Part shown: piece by piece, positions 19,129 through 51,250 of the stretch
How the letters are laid out: each line of letters starts with the position of its first letter
Position numbering within the stretch: position 1 is the stretch's first letter
Origin: the human T2T-CHM13v2.0 reference genome, Homo sapiens
Length of the DNA: 64,000 nucleotides
Strand: one strand, 5' to 3'
Assembly: GCF_009914755.1 (NCBI RefSeq)
Contig: NC_060947.1
Notes under the pieces: model-generated
The model's input: the letters and a program-made list of their open reading frames with translations, nothing else
Databases searched by the model: none
Told to the model about the DNA's origin: nothing
Position numbers and translations under genes: made by a program

Positions 19129-22100
19129 AACCAAGCAGCCACATGAGAGCACAAGCAGCCCATCCCTCTTCCAGTTCCTTGATTACTGTGAGGGCCTGGC
19201 CACCTCCTCCCTGCTTCTCTGGACTAGAGGCCAGAGGATAGGGGGCGGTAGCTCCACCCCCGCCCATCTCCCTCCCCCGCCCCGGGAGGAGCTGGGGACT
19301 TCAGAGGACAGGAAGGGAAGGGAGTGGAACTGCAGCTGGGAGCACTGGGAGCAGTAATTACCAGATGCTGGGGCTGCCACGCTGGCTGAGATTCCCCTTC
19401 CTGTGAGGCAAAGCCGCTAGGGGGATGGTCCCTCTGACCCTTGCCTCAACCCCAGGGACCCCAACACCCACCCATCTCCCTTCCCATTCACCAGAGGCCT
19501 GGCCAAATCTGAGAGTTGGAGACACAGAAGGATTATGAGGGGAAAAGACAGATGATAAGAGAAAGACACTGGGACAAACACAAGGAGGGAGAGGACAGGA
19601 AAACCACAGAGACCCAGAGATGGACATAGAGGGAGATGGACAAAAGGAAGGGACAAGTCAGAAGGGAGACAGAGACAGAAAGGTCCACACAGGGCATGGT
19701 AGTCAGCGAGGGATACAGACCCAGGCAGAGGGGCAGGAACAAAAAGGGCAGGCCAGGGCCATCTGTTGAACATGGTGACAATGTGCCATGCCAAGGGCTG
19801 GGGATGGATCTGTGGCATTGAATCCTTACAACAACCCTAGAAGGTGGGAATGACAGCCCCATTTTCCAGATGAGAAAACCGAGGCTCAGAGGGGTGAGAT
19901 GACTTGCCCAAGGTCACGTGACACTTTAGAAAGTGGCGGACCTGGGTCTGGGGGGCTCTCTCTGCTGCCAGCCCCTGCCAGAGTCAGGGAGGCCCAAACA
20001 GAGATCCCTGAGGGAATTCTCCAGAGAGAGAGAAGCAGTCAGCAAGCCTGGGAGATGCTCCCTAAGAGATGCGGTGAAAGTGACCCCAGCCTTCCCTGCC
20101 CCTCCCACACCCGCGCGGTGGGGGAGGGGCTGCGTCTACACCTGGAATGCATTAGGTAGGGGGGTCCCCCAGCCTAGGGGAGCAGGGAAGGGGCTGGAGG
20201 GGGAGCAGGGAAGGCAAAGGCAAAGGCGAAGGCAAAGGCGGTGGTGTGGGCGGTGGCGGCCCAGGCCTAGCAGGCCCTGGCGGGCGGAAGGGCTTCTATG
20301 CCAGCTGCAGCTCCCAAAGGCCAGCCCTGCCAGTCCCGCCTTTCCCGCTTTCCACAGGCGCCTTCCCTCCGCGATTTAACCCTTTCCCTGCAGGGGCCAT
20401 GGGGAAGCGCCAAGGAGGGCTCTTCCCTCTTAGTCTCAGCTACATACCTGTGCCCCTCACCCACCTGCCCTTACTCTGGGACCCAGATAGGCATATCTGA
20501 TGCCAACTGGGTGCTGTCACCTAGATGTCCTGTCTTCAGGCTCCTCAGCCTCAGCACATCGTGAACGACACTCCTACCCCAGCCCCGGTCTGCTTCTCCT
20601 CCTGCCTTCCCCATCGCAGGAAGGACAACTCCATCCGCCCAGCTGCCCAAGCCCAAGTCCTAGGTTTATTCCTCTCCCTCAACCCACATGTCCAGCCAGG
20701 CCCCAAGTCCTTTAGATGCACCATGGTCAGTTGCTCTAGAATCCCTATGCTTCATTCCCCCTCCAGCCCCCTAACTGATTTCACTCCCATCTTCCGGGCC
20801 TCTACGAGGCATTCTCTACACCACTGCCAGCTTTTGGAAAACACAGTCCCCTGCAATCCCTTCAGCCTTGTGAAGGGCTCCCTTTGCCTTCAGGGGTGAA
20901 ACTCCTGAGCACAGGGACAAGGAAGGCCTAGCTCAGGAACATTTCCCCGCCCCACGATCCAGCCACAATGGCCGTTTGTCTGTTCCTCGAAAGTGCTCTC
21001 TTCCGCCTAGGGCTTTGGCACATGTTGTTCCCGTGACCCGAACTGCTAGTCTGCCTCTCCCTACCTCTGGACTCCTATTTATCCTTCAGGTCTCAACTCA
21101 AATATCTCCTTTGCCCTGTCCGCCCACTCCCCCCACCCTCATGTGTTCTTGCAGCATCTGCACTTGGAATTGCTTGTAGTGTGTCTTTCCTGCTAGATAT
21201 CAGCTCCACGAGGACAGGGATAGTGACTGTCTTGTTGCCTACCTGGCACCTAAGCACAGGGCCTAGCACATAGTAGGCACTCAACAGGTACATGTTAAAT
21301 AAAGAAATGCCCCCCTTGCTCCCCTCTTTCACTCTCCCTTCCCCTGTACCCTATTTGCTCACCAAGTATTATTTATTGATGCCACAATGACCAGGTTTGT
21401 GGTATTACAAATAGGGAAACTAAGACCCTGAGAGGGGAAGGGAGGCCTGGAGGAACAGTGAACCAATAGCAGAGCTAGGAGTGCTGAGGCTCCCCCGGCT
21501 ATGCCCTGCAGCCTTGTCTCAGGAGCTGTGTGTGTTTTCAGACACCGTTTGGAGGTGTCACACCTTCTAGGTCCAAGGAACTGGGCACCAGAGCCCAGAG
21601 AGGCTGGACTCATTGCTCCAAAGATGTTTGCTCTCTCCAGATGAGGGAACTGAACTCTGTGGTGCTAGCCAATGGCAGACTGCATTTCCTGCCCTCATTC
21701 CAGACAGGTCCTAGCCCCACCCAGCCAGCGTCTGGCCAGCTCCACATCTGCCTAAGGCATTTAGCTAACTGGCCCCCAGAAAGCCATGGCTTGGGTTTGT
21801 GTGGGGCATTGTTAGCTGCCACTCCACTCTCCCTTGAGGAAGCAGGCAGCCCCACCTGGGCCCTCCCCCAGGGACAGAGGGGCCTGAAAGGGCCAAGAGC
21901 GGACTGCCAGCCATCTGCAATTTAGAAGCTTCTATTCTTTTAGTCTTGTCTGGGGAAGTCCTTTTCCCAGCTACCCAGAGTCTTTACATTTTGTTGTGTT
22001 TGTTTGGAAGGCCCTAGTGGACTAGGAACCAAATTTGGTTCTTTCCCCAGACTCTCCCCTGGAATCTCAAACTACTTCTCTCCAAAACTCCCCAGCAGAC

Positions 22101-22319
22101 CCCACGATCCCCTCCTGTCCCAAGCCCTCTCTTCTCCTTTCCGTAAGCAAACCCCCTCACTGGCCTCTCAGGATGCCCTCAACAGAGAGAACACTGGGAA
22201 CCACACAAATTTACTTTACCAATGTTTGATTTGCTTTTCAGAAGTACTCCTCCCTCAATACTTTGCAATAGCCAGCTACCCTGGGTGTACGTGAAATGGG
22301 TCTCAGCTTCATGCAAATA

Positions 22320-24025
<1,706 letters not shown>

Positions 24026-24301
24026 CCTCAAATATGCCTTAAAAACGGCTGGGTCTCAGCTTCATGAAAATATACTTTAAAAACTGCTTTCCCCTGAAAA
24101 AAGGCATTTCTATGGCAAAGTTACAGCAGGTACTGAATAATTCATCTGAGTGTGACCCTGCCAACCTTACTGTCTGTCTTCAAGGATGGGACTGGCTCCC
24201 AGATCTATACATGGTATGTGTTGGTGGTGAAAACTCCCAAACATCACTGGCCCAGGCCTCTTTCCTGAACTTTCCAATCTTACGTCCAAATGCCTGCTTG
24301 C

Positions 24302-27208
<2,907 letters not shown>

Positions 27209-28489
27209 GATTATGGTAAATCCATACAATGGCATATTATTATGCAGTCATTAAAATGTTGTTCAAAAAAAATAAAATGTTCATGAAGAGTTTTTAATGA
27301 TATTGGAAAAATACATATATTAAATGAAAAAGCATGATATAAAGTTGAACATATAGTATGATTTCAATTATGTAAAATATACGTCAATATGTAGAAAAAG
27401 ATCTAGCAGAAAACAGACCAAAATATTAAAAGTGATCATCCTGGGTAGTAAAAAACAAAAATGAACCAAACCCACAAATGCCTGCTGGCCATCTTCACCT
27501 GCATGTACCCCCAGGCGTTTCGAATTCAACTTGTCTCAAACATAATTCACTATCTTCCCTCAAACCTCCTCCCTCTCTTGTATATAGATGGCCCCACCAA
27601 CATCCACCAGGTCACTGTAGTTGGTTTCAGAAAACAACATGGAGCAATCTGGACTTTGCCTTCTGTCTCAGCCTCTACATCCAAGCTACTACCAAGGCCT
27701 GTCCATGCTAGCATCTAAATATCTCTCAGATCTTACCCTCCTTACCTCCCATCGCTCTAACTCAAGCTATCACCTCTCTCTGGGAAAACTGCAACACTCA
27801 CCTGCCTGTCTCCCTGCTTCCACTCTTGCACCCCTTCCATCCATTCTCCCCATGCAGCTAGGGAGAGTTTCCAAACACCCCGTCTGAGCATGTCATTCTC
27901 GTTAATAAACCCTTCGATGGTTTCTCTTCACCCTCAGAAGAAAGTTCCTTGTCAGCCTTGTCACTCCACTCCTCCCAATACCAGCCCTATTCCCCAGTGC
28001 CCCATGTCTCGCTGCCTTTGCTTCCACTGAACCTCTTACCTGAATTGTCCTCCATGTTCTTCTCTAGCTCTACAGCCCTTTATTGACACCCCTCTAGAAC
28101 CCTTCCTTAGGGCCAGATCCTGCACTGGGCACTGATGATGCCAGGGTTTCCTCTGCCTAGAGTCCCAGAATGGCAACTGCCTTCCAATTTGAACTGCCAA
28201 ATGGTAGCCATTCACGAGAGCTGAGAATAAGGGTAAACTGAGGCAGCCAGTGTTTGTGTGTATGAGGGCAGGAGGTTGACTCTCCCTTTGTGTTTAATCC
28301 CATGCCTCCATTTGCGGTTGGGAGTGAGTTGACAGAAGCCCACATGGGGCCCTGGGGAAAGGGCCTTAGATGGGGAGGCCGATGTATTCTCCTGGCCCTA
28401 ATGATGCTGACTCACTGTAGGATGATGGCTAAAAAAATCACTACCTCTCTGAGCCTTCCTCACTGTCCCATCTGGAAAACGGACTTAAC

Positions 28490-28657
28490 TAGTGGTTCCC
28501 ACTCTAGGCTGTGCATCACAATCACCTAAGGAGCTTTTGAAAATAGGTTCCTTGGTTGTCAACCCCAAGATTCTGGCACTCTGAGGTGGAGTGTGGAATC
28601 ACATTTTTTTTTAAGGTCAACAAGAGATTCTGATGCTCACTCAGTTAGGGAAACTCA
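28490..28657. mobile_element. MER5-like hAT MITE
   Basis: agtggttccca...aatcacctaaggagctttt...gattctgatgc...gggaaac pattern. Confidence 0.6.
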
Positions 28658-30109
28658 GAACGAGGCAGTATCTAGAGTCTTTTCTAGCTCCAATTCTTAC
28701 TCTTGGAGACTCTGAAGATGCCTCAGGATCCAAATGAGAAAGAGTCAGCCCCTCCCCTTGCCCCCCTCAACTGGCTCAGTTTCCCCCATTACCCACAAAA
28801 CGGCTCTAACATCAGGTGCAACTCCTTTGACTTAGCTAGGGTCAGACACCAATATCCCCACAATCCCTGCATCTGAAAGGACATTCTAGGCCTCAACCCT
28901 GAGGAATAGAGCAACCATCTCTGCAAACCCCTGCAAGCAAACCGCTTTCTGACTCTCTCAAACCCCTCTCTGGCATTTCACTGGGTTTTCCCAGTGATCC
29001 AACAAGGACTTCGGTTTAATCAACCTGGAAAATGGGCATAATAACAACTGTACCTTTCCCCACCAGGAAGCAGACAGGATCACTAAAAGAGAAAGCACTT
29101 TGAAGCAATTCAAGGCTGTTCACATGGCTAAGATACAATTATTATTTTTAAAAGCCTCCCCCCACCCCCAGGATGAGCCACTGAGCCCTAAAGATGGTGA
29201 TTCAATAAAGGTCTCAGCAGTGTTAGGGAGGAAGTCAGCAGGCACACAGAAATCTTAACATGTGGACCAGCATGTTTCAGCCCTTTAATTGAAGCTCAGG
29301 AAACCCTCTCTGTCTCTCTCTTACACACACACCCTACAACCACTAACCCTGCCCTCTTAGGGCCAATTATAGGCGAGTCCCATGGAGAGAGAAGCCAAGT
29401 CACTTGTGCCTACCCCTGGGCCGGCTGGGCAGTGGGGGAGGTGGCCTCTCACAACCCATGCTGCAGTGAATCACATGGCCCGGCGCCCGCCTAGTCAGGG
29501 CCTGAGTAATTCCTCCGCCTCTTCTTCAGAAGGTTTTTCTCTTATTTTTTAACTTAATTTTATTTTTTTAAACTCCTGGTTGCTGAGGATTTATACCATG
29601 CTGCAGGCTTTACAACCATTAATTCATAGACTCCTCATTGCATTCTCTAGATGAAGAAACTGAGGTTCAGAGAAGAAAAGTCACTCACCCAGGGTCACAA
29701 AGTGAATTAGTTAGAATAGGAGGCCAGGTCCTTCCCTGACACTTGTCTTATTCCTAATCCCCATCTTGAATCAAAAAAAAAAAAAAAAAAGACACCCACT
29801 ATGCAATTACAGAGGCAAGGACTTCGTTGGGGAAAAGGATCCTGGGAACTCTGTGTTGCCTTTTTGGGGAGGAGGAGAGTGGTTTAGGAAGGGTATTATG
29901 ATTTGTAATTTGAATGAATTGGTGGATTGGGAAGGCATACTCAGAATCATCACCTTGTATTGATTACAGAGGCCAGAGACTGGGGGTCTAGACATTGCCC
30001 AGCTACTGACTTTCAGATCAAGAGTATCCAGAGGGCAGGAATTTGGTGTCCTTCTTTTAGGCAATAGTTACTGAGGGCCTACTATGTGCTTCTTTAGTAT
30101 CTGTTTAGG

Positions 30110-30600
30110 CATTTATTTAATGAGGATTTCTTGAACACCTACTGCGTGTTAGGCACTGCGCTAGTTGCTGGGGATACAACAGTGAGCAAAAGAGATATAA
30201 TCGCCTTGCCCCCATGGAGCTCACATTCTAGTAGAGGAAGATAGGCAATAAACGAGTAGACACATACAATAAGATAATTTCAGATTGTACTAAGTGCAAA
30301 GATGGAAGCACACTCACAGTCTCTGATGGAGACTCACAAGTGGCCCTACCTAAAGTGGTTAGGGACAGTCTCTTGGAAGAGGTGACATTTGACCTGAGAC
30401 ATGCAAGACGAGGAGCAAGCCAGGTGGAGGGCTAGGGGAAGAGCTTCCAGCCAGAAGGAAAAGCCAATGCAAAAGTCCTGGGGTGGGAGTGCTTGTGGCC
30501 TGTTTTGGCAGCTGCAAAAAGGCACTGGCTTTACACAGTGTCAAGGGGAGTTTGGAAAGCCAGCAGAAGTAACATGCAGGCCAAGGTGTTAAGGGCCTGT
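30110..30600 (-). mobile_element. L2 3' fragment
   Basis: ttgaacacctactgcgtgttaggcactg...ccatggagctcacattctagt motif. Confidence 0.75.
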
Positions 30601-31399
30601 TGCCAGCTGGTTATCTTCAGCCCACACTGAGGGAGCCCCCTGAAATCTCCCAGAGGTTCCATGACTAGCCCAAGGTCATGAAGGCACCAAAAGGCACATC
30701 CTACCCATGCTTTATACTTCACTACTGCTACCTGGTGCAAGGCCACGGTCCCAGAGATCTGTGGAGCCTGAGGTGTGAACCCGGGAGCCCCCAAGGGCTT
30801 AACAACTCCTTCAGTCCCAGTGGAAGGCAGGGCAGATGTGCGCTGCTCTTCTTCTGTGGCTCCTGGGCTCAGGCCCGTATGAGAATGTCCCCAGATGGGG
30901 AAGGTCCTGCTGTGCTCCTCAGACACTCAGGTCTGTGTAGCACAAAGGCAGTGGTCTGTGGCCTCAGCCTGACTTAAAGCTGCTCCACCTTTTCAAATCC
31001 AAGAAACCATCCTGATTTCACATCACAACCAACCTCGTGGACCTGCAGCTCTCCAGCTCCTGCTACAACTGGCTTCTGCCTCTGTTGGCTTTTCTGCTGT
31101 CTCCCTACCTATCAGCCCCTCCAGCCTTCTCCTCTAGCCTGACTCCCAAGGCCCACCTCTTCCACCTTTCTCTCTCAGCACCTTCTACTCCTTCCTTCCC
31201 TTGTTCTCCCGCCACACACACCTGGCAAAATCTCAACCTTGGATCAATCCACCGTCTTTCTTTTTTTTTTTTTTTTTTTTTTTTTCCGCTCATACTCCAG
31301 GGCTGCTGAATAGTACAGGAGAAAATCACATAAGCAGAAGGCTTGGCATTACTTTCATGGTCTCCAGCCTCAGTTTGGGGAAGCAGAAAGACCACAGAC

Positions 31400-31610
31400 T
31401 TTGGACACAAACAGATCTGGTTTGAATCGTGGCTCCATACTAGCTGTGTGACCTTGGGCAAGTTGCTTAACTTCTCTGAGCTTCAGTTTCCTTCCCTACA
31501 AAATGGGACTAATGGTATCTACTTCATGAGGGTTCCTGAAGCTGAAATGAAAATCCATGTAAAGCACCCAGTCCAGTGCCTGGTACAATGTAGGCGCTTG
31601 GCAAATGTAA
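31400..31610 (+). mobile_element. MIR (others at about 5990-6140, 15370-15510, 18260-18460, 19790-19920, 41120-41290, 42930-43110)
   Basis: Core tagctgtgtgaccttgggcaagttgcttaacttctctgagcttcagtttcc. Confidence 0.8.
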
Positions 31611-31978
31611 GGCTCCTTTTTTTCTTCTGTTCTCCAAACGAAACCCTGGTTTCCCCAACCAAATATCCAAGGATTGCTGCCTTGCAATCCTCCCTCTTTT
31701 TCTCGCGAGTGCTCCCTCTCCCATTAGCCTCAGCAGACAGAGGAGAAGGGGGTTGGAGAGGTTGAGGGGCACAAGGGACAGAGAGAGGAGATGGGGACAG
31801 AGGTTGAAAGGACTGGACATAAGGCCAAGGGACGTGGGGAGGAGGAGGGGTTTGAGGGAACCCAAAGGGCCGAGGTAAGCGAGCCTGTTCCGAGGTGGGG
31901 CTTAGAGGGCTCGAGAACAAGAACCCGCTCCCAGTACCAGGCCCGTGGCCCGGGCTCCCATGCTCTCTCAGTCGCTCA

Positions 31979-32602
<624 letters not shown>

Positions 32603-33469
32603 CTATGCGGCTGCGGTTGGGCGAGGGTTGGAGGGCTACGCTCGGCGGGGACTCTCCGGTGGACGGCGAGCCACTTCCGTGGCCCCGGGGCGAGAAGTCG
32701 GTCGGATCCAAGTGCGGGGTCTCTTCTTTCTCCCCGAATGGGAATAGATCTGGGCTCTCCTGGCTGGTTGGGAAGCGTTCTTCCTCCCGCCGCAGCCGAG
32801 GCCGGGGGCGGAGGAGAGGGGAGGGGAGAGGAGGGGAGGGAAGAGAGAACGGCGGTGGCCGGGGGCGCGCGTGTGCGCTGCGCTTGGGCTGCGGGGCTCG
32901 CCTTCAGCCAGTAGTCCCAGACGATGCTCCAGCCGCGGGGGCAGGAGAACGGCCTGGGCCGGGCTCCACCGTCCTCCCCAGCTTCAGCCTGGGTCTCGGC
33001 GGCGGCGGGCGGGAAGGAGCCCTGGGAAGGGGGGTGGGGAGGCGGGAGCCTCGCAGAGGCAGCCGCAGCCACAGCGGCACTGGGACCCAGTTACCGGGGC
33101 CCCGCCCCCTCGCCCGGGATTTGCGCCTGACCACGCCCCCTCGCTCGGGGCCGCCTCACTTCTCGCTGCTACCGCTCTCAAGGCCCTCCTGCCCCTTAAA
33201 AAATTCCCCCTCAGCCTGCTTTCCCCACAGGCAAGTCTCCGGGCTCAACCCCCTCCCCCCATATCTGCCCTTCCATCCCATCTCAGGTCTTCCCCCCTCT
33301 GCTTGCCGTTCACTCTCTTTTCCAAAACCCTTTCTTCATGTTCCTGAGTGTTCCTAGGGCTTGGCTCATAGAGGACCTGTCTCTGATTCTCCTTCACTTT
33401 GCTCAGACCAGATATCTTGGTCCCTTACTTAGTCACTTTCTTAAATACCCTCAGTTCCCTGATTTGTCG

Positions 33470-38170
<4,701 letters not shown>

Positions 38171-38304
38171 ATGGATACCACTGGATACCATTGGTGGGAG
38201 TGTAAATTGATACAACCATTCTAGAAAAAGTTGGGCATTTTCTAGTAAAGCTGAATGATGCACATACTCTGTGACCTGGCAATTCTAGGTATATACCCCA
38301 GAGC

Positions 38305-38776
38305 AGCAGTTCTCACAGTGTGATCTGGGGATCCTGTGGATGGGGGTAGTGGGGAGAACCAAAACCAAAATATAGTAAGATGTTACTTGCTTTTTTACTC
38401 TCATTCTCTCAAGAATGTAGAGTGGAGTTTTCCAGAGGCTACATGACATGTGATATCACAACAGATTGAATGCAGAGGCAGATATGAGAATCCAGCTGTC
38501 TTCTATTAAGCCATACAGTAAAGAGATTTACAAAAATGTAAAACAATGCCACTCCTCACTAAATTCTTGTTTTGAAAAATAGTCATTTTTCATAAAAATA
38601 TATTGTTAAGTGTAATTGGCTTATTGTTATTTTAATGTATTTAAACTTTTTCAGCTTTAATTTCAAACACGGCAAATATCAATTGATATAAACCACATAA
38701 ATCAAAGCTCTTTGGGGTCTGCAATGCTTTTTAAGAATATAAAGGGATCCTGAGACCAAAAAGTTTGAGAACTGCT
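38305..38776. mobile_element. hAT-Charlie DNA transposon remnant within old L1M sequence
   Basis: TIR-like ends cagcagttctca... / ...tttgagaactgct. Confidence 0.6.
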
Positions 38777-39084
38777 CCTTAAAGCAACCCTTGCACATGT
38801 ATGTGTATTGGGAGTCATGTACAAGAATGTTCACAAGTCTGTTTGTAACAGCAAGAAACTGGAAACAAGAGTATAGGATAAATACACTCATACTTTTTTT
38901 TTTTTGAGATGGAGTTTCACTCTTGTTGCCCAGGCTGGAGTGCAAGGGCACGATCTCGACTCACTGCAACCTCCGCTCCTGTTCAAGCAATTCTCTGCCT
39001 CAGCCTCCCGAGTAGCTGGGATTACAGGTGTCTGCCACCACAACTGGCTAATTTTTTGTATTTTTAGTAGAGACGGGACTTTGA

Positions 39085-39216
<132 letters not shown>

Positions 39217-39856
39217 TAAGGAAATTTTAAAAATGAATGAACTGTAGCTACATGTATCAACATGGATGAGACTCAGGAGACCTAATACTGATTCAAAAAA
39301 GTCACAGAAGAATATGTTTATATAAAGCTGAAAACCATGCAGAATTAAACAGTATGTGGATGCAGTCATATATTATAAAACAAGAAAAGCAAGGAATGAA
39401 AAATCAAAAATTCAGGATGGCAGTTACCTGTCACAGAGGTGAAGGAGACATGACTGGGGAGAGTCGTACAAGGAGTTTTGTCATTAGTAAATGATCTCTT
39501 ATTGAAGCTAGGTGATAGGGACACAGATTTTTTAAATTGTTTATTCAAACTGTACAGATATGTATATTATAAAATTTATAATGTATATCATGAAAAACAA
39601 ATAAATTAATTAATTAAAAAAATAAGACTAATTGCCTAGAGGGCCGGATTGTTATAGGATCCTCACTGAGGTTAGAAGGAACACTTCCTCCCACCCCAGT
39701 GAAGTGGGGTTATGTGCGTATGCAGTTCCCTTGAGAAACATGGCTGTGAAGGGAAATAGATCCTAGGGAGATAGCATGATCATAGGAAGAGGGTCAAATA
39801 ATGTTTTTTTTTTAAGATGAGAGATGCTGGACTATGTTTCCTTCTGGGAATGATCC

Positions 39857-39892
<36 letters not shown>

Positions 39893-40220
39893 CACTAACA
39901 CAAGGGAAAGGAAAGGTTGGGGTTGGGATCTAGGGTACTGAGCCTCAGAGGGTCCCTGGACCCTTAATTGTAACAGGAAGGAATGAGAAAAAGACAAATG
40001 CAAATACAGGTAACTTTACAGATTGAGTGGTGGGAAGATAAAGGCCCTGTAAAAAATTCTTGATGTTTGATGGCTTCTATTTTCTCACTGATGCATGAAG
40101 TAAGGTCATTTGCGATAGAGAAAATAGAGGGCCAGGCGCGATGGCTAAGGCCTGTAATCCCAGCACTTTGGGAGGCTGAGGTGGGAGAATGGCTGAGCCC
40201 AGGAGTTGGAGACCAACCTA

Positions 40221-40433
<213 letters not shown>

Positions 40434-41441
40434 TTAGTAGCATGGTTGATAGAAATTTGTTTTTTACTATTGACAGTTTAGCAAAGTTTCAGTTTCATAT
40501 AATAATAATATTTTATACATGTTTAGGACTGCTATCAAATTTGGGAAAACCCTTGTCTAGTTTCTTTCATATATGAGCTGTAAAATTTCAGGACATTTTA
40601 ATTTTTTTGTAGAATGACAAATCTTCAGTACTATGATTGTTCACTGTTCATTAAACAGGGCCTTGGAAGAGACCTGTGCAAAGGAGGAGCCCTGAAGCTT
40701 AAGCTTCATTGATTTCTATGTAAATCTACCTCTGGCCTCTTTAAATTACCTCCTCCTCCAGGAAGCTTTCTCTGATTTTCCCAGGCTGAGTTTTTCCCAC
40801 AGGGCTTTATTTCTGCCATTTCCCCAGTCTCTCTGAGCTTTCCCAGTCTCTCTAAGCTAGGTAGGTCTGCCTCAACTACTAGAAGGAGGGAGCTCCAGAG
40901 TACAAGGAGTCAGGACCCACTTACCCTAGAGACCGCAGTCTTCCATTAGTCTGTCAGCAAACCTTCAATTGAAGCAGTATGGCATTGTAGTCAAACATGT
41001 AGTCCTTGGAAGCAAGCAGACTGGAATTTGGCTTTTTGTATCTTCAGTGCATGGGAAAGGATTCATCCCAATCCTTGGTTTATGATATACTCTCACCATT
41101 GGTCCGGGCAGGAGCTTCATTCACTCCTAGCTCCTCTGTGTGATGTTGGGCAAGTTATTCATTGTTTGGAGTCTCAGTTTCCCCATGTGTAAACTGTGGA
41201 TGATAATAACACCTACTACATCAGACCTGTGAGGTTCTGATGACATAATCCACGAAAAGGCATGCACAGGACATGGTGCCTAATGTTTAATAAATGGAGC
41301 TCTCCATGTGACTGGCACTCTATCATGAGTGTAGGATACAGTAAGGAATAACAAAGGCCTGGGCCTTGCCTTCCTGAACTCATAGTCTAGTGGGCCCCAT
41401 ATGGCCCAGTGCTCACCCTGATATAGCCAAGAGACTTGTGA

Positions 41442-46052
<4,611 letters not shown>

Positions 46053-46809
46053 CTCCTTCTGTTTCTTTATCTCCATTTTTTACTGTCTGTTCTCACCCTT
46101 CAAACCCTATTTCTTGGTCTGTTTGTCTTTCTGTCCCTCTATATATCTTTATTTATTTACTTAATCTTATGCTGTTTCTTTGTCCCCATCTCCTTGTGTT
46201 TTCCTCTGGCTGCTCTGGACAATTTAGATTGGAATTGTTTTGGTAGATAATGTGGAGCTATAAAAGGGTTCAAGAGGAAGAAGTAGGCCTGGCAAGAGGT
46301 GAGTGGCAGGGTGTGGAATTTCATGGGTCTGCCAAATCCTCCTGAAAGACGTGGCCTCTGAGGTCAAGGTTAGCATAAATCCCCTCAACTCAGTCTCTTG
46401 AAAGACAAAGAATGCTGCATTTATTGGGAGGACCAGGAAGGGGTACTTTTCTGAGTGAAATTCCATCCGGAAGCTGGAATCCAGAGCATTTCCTGTTGTA
46501 ATGTTTCTTCCAGACTTGGAGAGTCTGAACCTACCACGTAGCATGTGCACTCCATGCATATGCTTCTACAGCGAAAGGCATGGATACATACAGAATCCTC
46601 TACCCTTAGAGACCCAGATGTGTGCAGACACATAGAGACACACATAGAATCAGACTCTCACAGATGCAGATACTCAGAGACATGGAAAAGCACACAGAAT
46701 GAATCACCCGCTGGCAGAGATGGAGACATGCATAGGGACATTGAGAGACCCACGGAATTACCCCCTCTCAGCTCAGGGACCTGTGTGAACAGATACAGAA
46801 GAATAGCTA

Positions 46810-50290
<3,481 letters not shown>

Positions 50291-50895
50291 TGGCAATACT
50301 AACACTAAACATCTTTCATATATATAAATACAAACTGTCTTAGCTCAAGTGTTTAAGGAAAAATATTTTTCTATTGGATCACTGAGCAAAACTCAATGCT
50401 ATATTCAAGAGTGTCAACTAAAACAAACTGACTCAGAAAGGCTAAAAATACAAGAAAGGGCAAAGGCATGCTAATAAAAGGCAAACAAAAAAAGCAAAAA
50501 TGTTGCATCTTAATTTCCGATAAGTTAGGAACTCATAAAAAGCATTGACAAGGTCATCAGAAACAAGGGAAGACTGGGAAACTGTCACAGATTGGAGGAG
50601 ATATGGTGACTAAATGCAATGTCACATCTGAATTGAAGCCTAGGATAGACAAAGGATATCTAGTGGAAAACTGGTGAAATCTGAATAAAGTTTGGATTTT
50701 AGTTAATAATAACATACCAATGTTAATCTCTCAGCTCAGACGAAGGTAGTCATACAAGATGTTAACATGAGGGGCAACTAGGTAAAGGGTGTATGGAAAC
50801 CCTGTACTATCTTTGCAACCTTTCTGTAAATCCAAAATTAATCAAAAATAAAAAGTTTATTACAAAGAAGCATTAATTGAGACAAAAAAGGCCAC

Positions 50896-51250
50896 TGATA
50901 TGGTTTGGCTGTGTCCCCACCCAAATCTCAACTTGAATATGTATCTCCCAGAATTCCCATGTGTTGTGGCTGGGACCCAGGGGGAGGTAATTGAATCAAG
51001 GGGGCAGGTAGTTCCAGTGCTATTCTCGTGACAGTGAATAAGTCTCACGAGATCTGATGGGTTTATCAGGGGTTTCCACTTTTGCTTCTTCCTCATTTTC
51101 TCTTGCCGCCACCATGTAAGAAGTGCCTTTTGCCTCCTGCCATGATTCTGACGCCTCACCAGCCATGTGCAACTGTAAGTCCAATTAAACCTCTTTTTCT
51201 TCCCAGTTTCAGGTATGTCTTTATCAGTAGCGTGAAAATGGACTAATATA
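50896..51250 (+). mobile_element. THE1 (ERVL-MaLR) solo LTR
   Basis: Begins tgatatggtttggctgtgtccccacccaaatctca, ends gtgaaaatggactaatata; 5-bp TSD GCCAC at 50891-50895 and 51251-51255. Confidence 0.93.

Noticed and set aside
46224-46559. 111-aa non-repeat minus-strand ORF
   Set aside because: No recognisable homology, exon structure or retrocopy hallmarks
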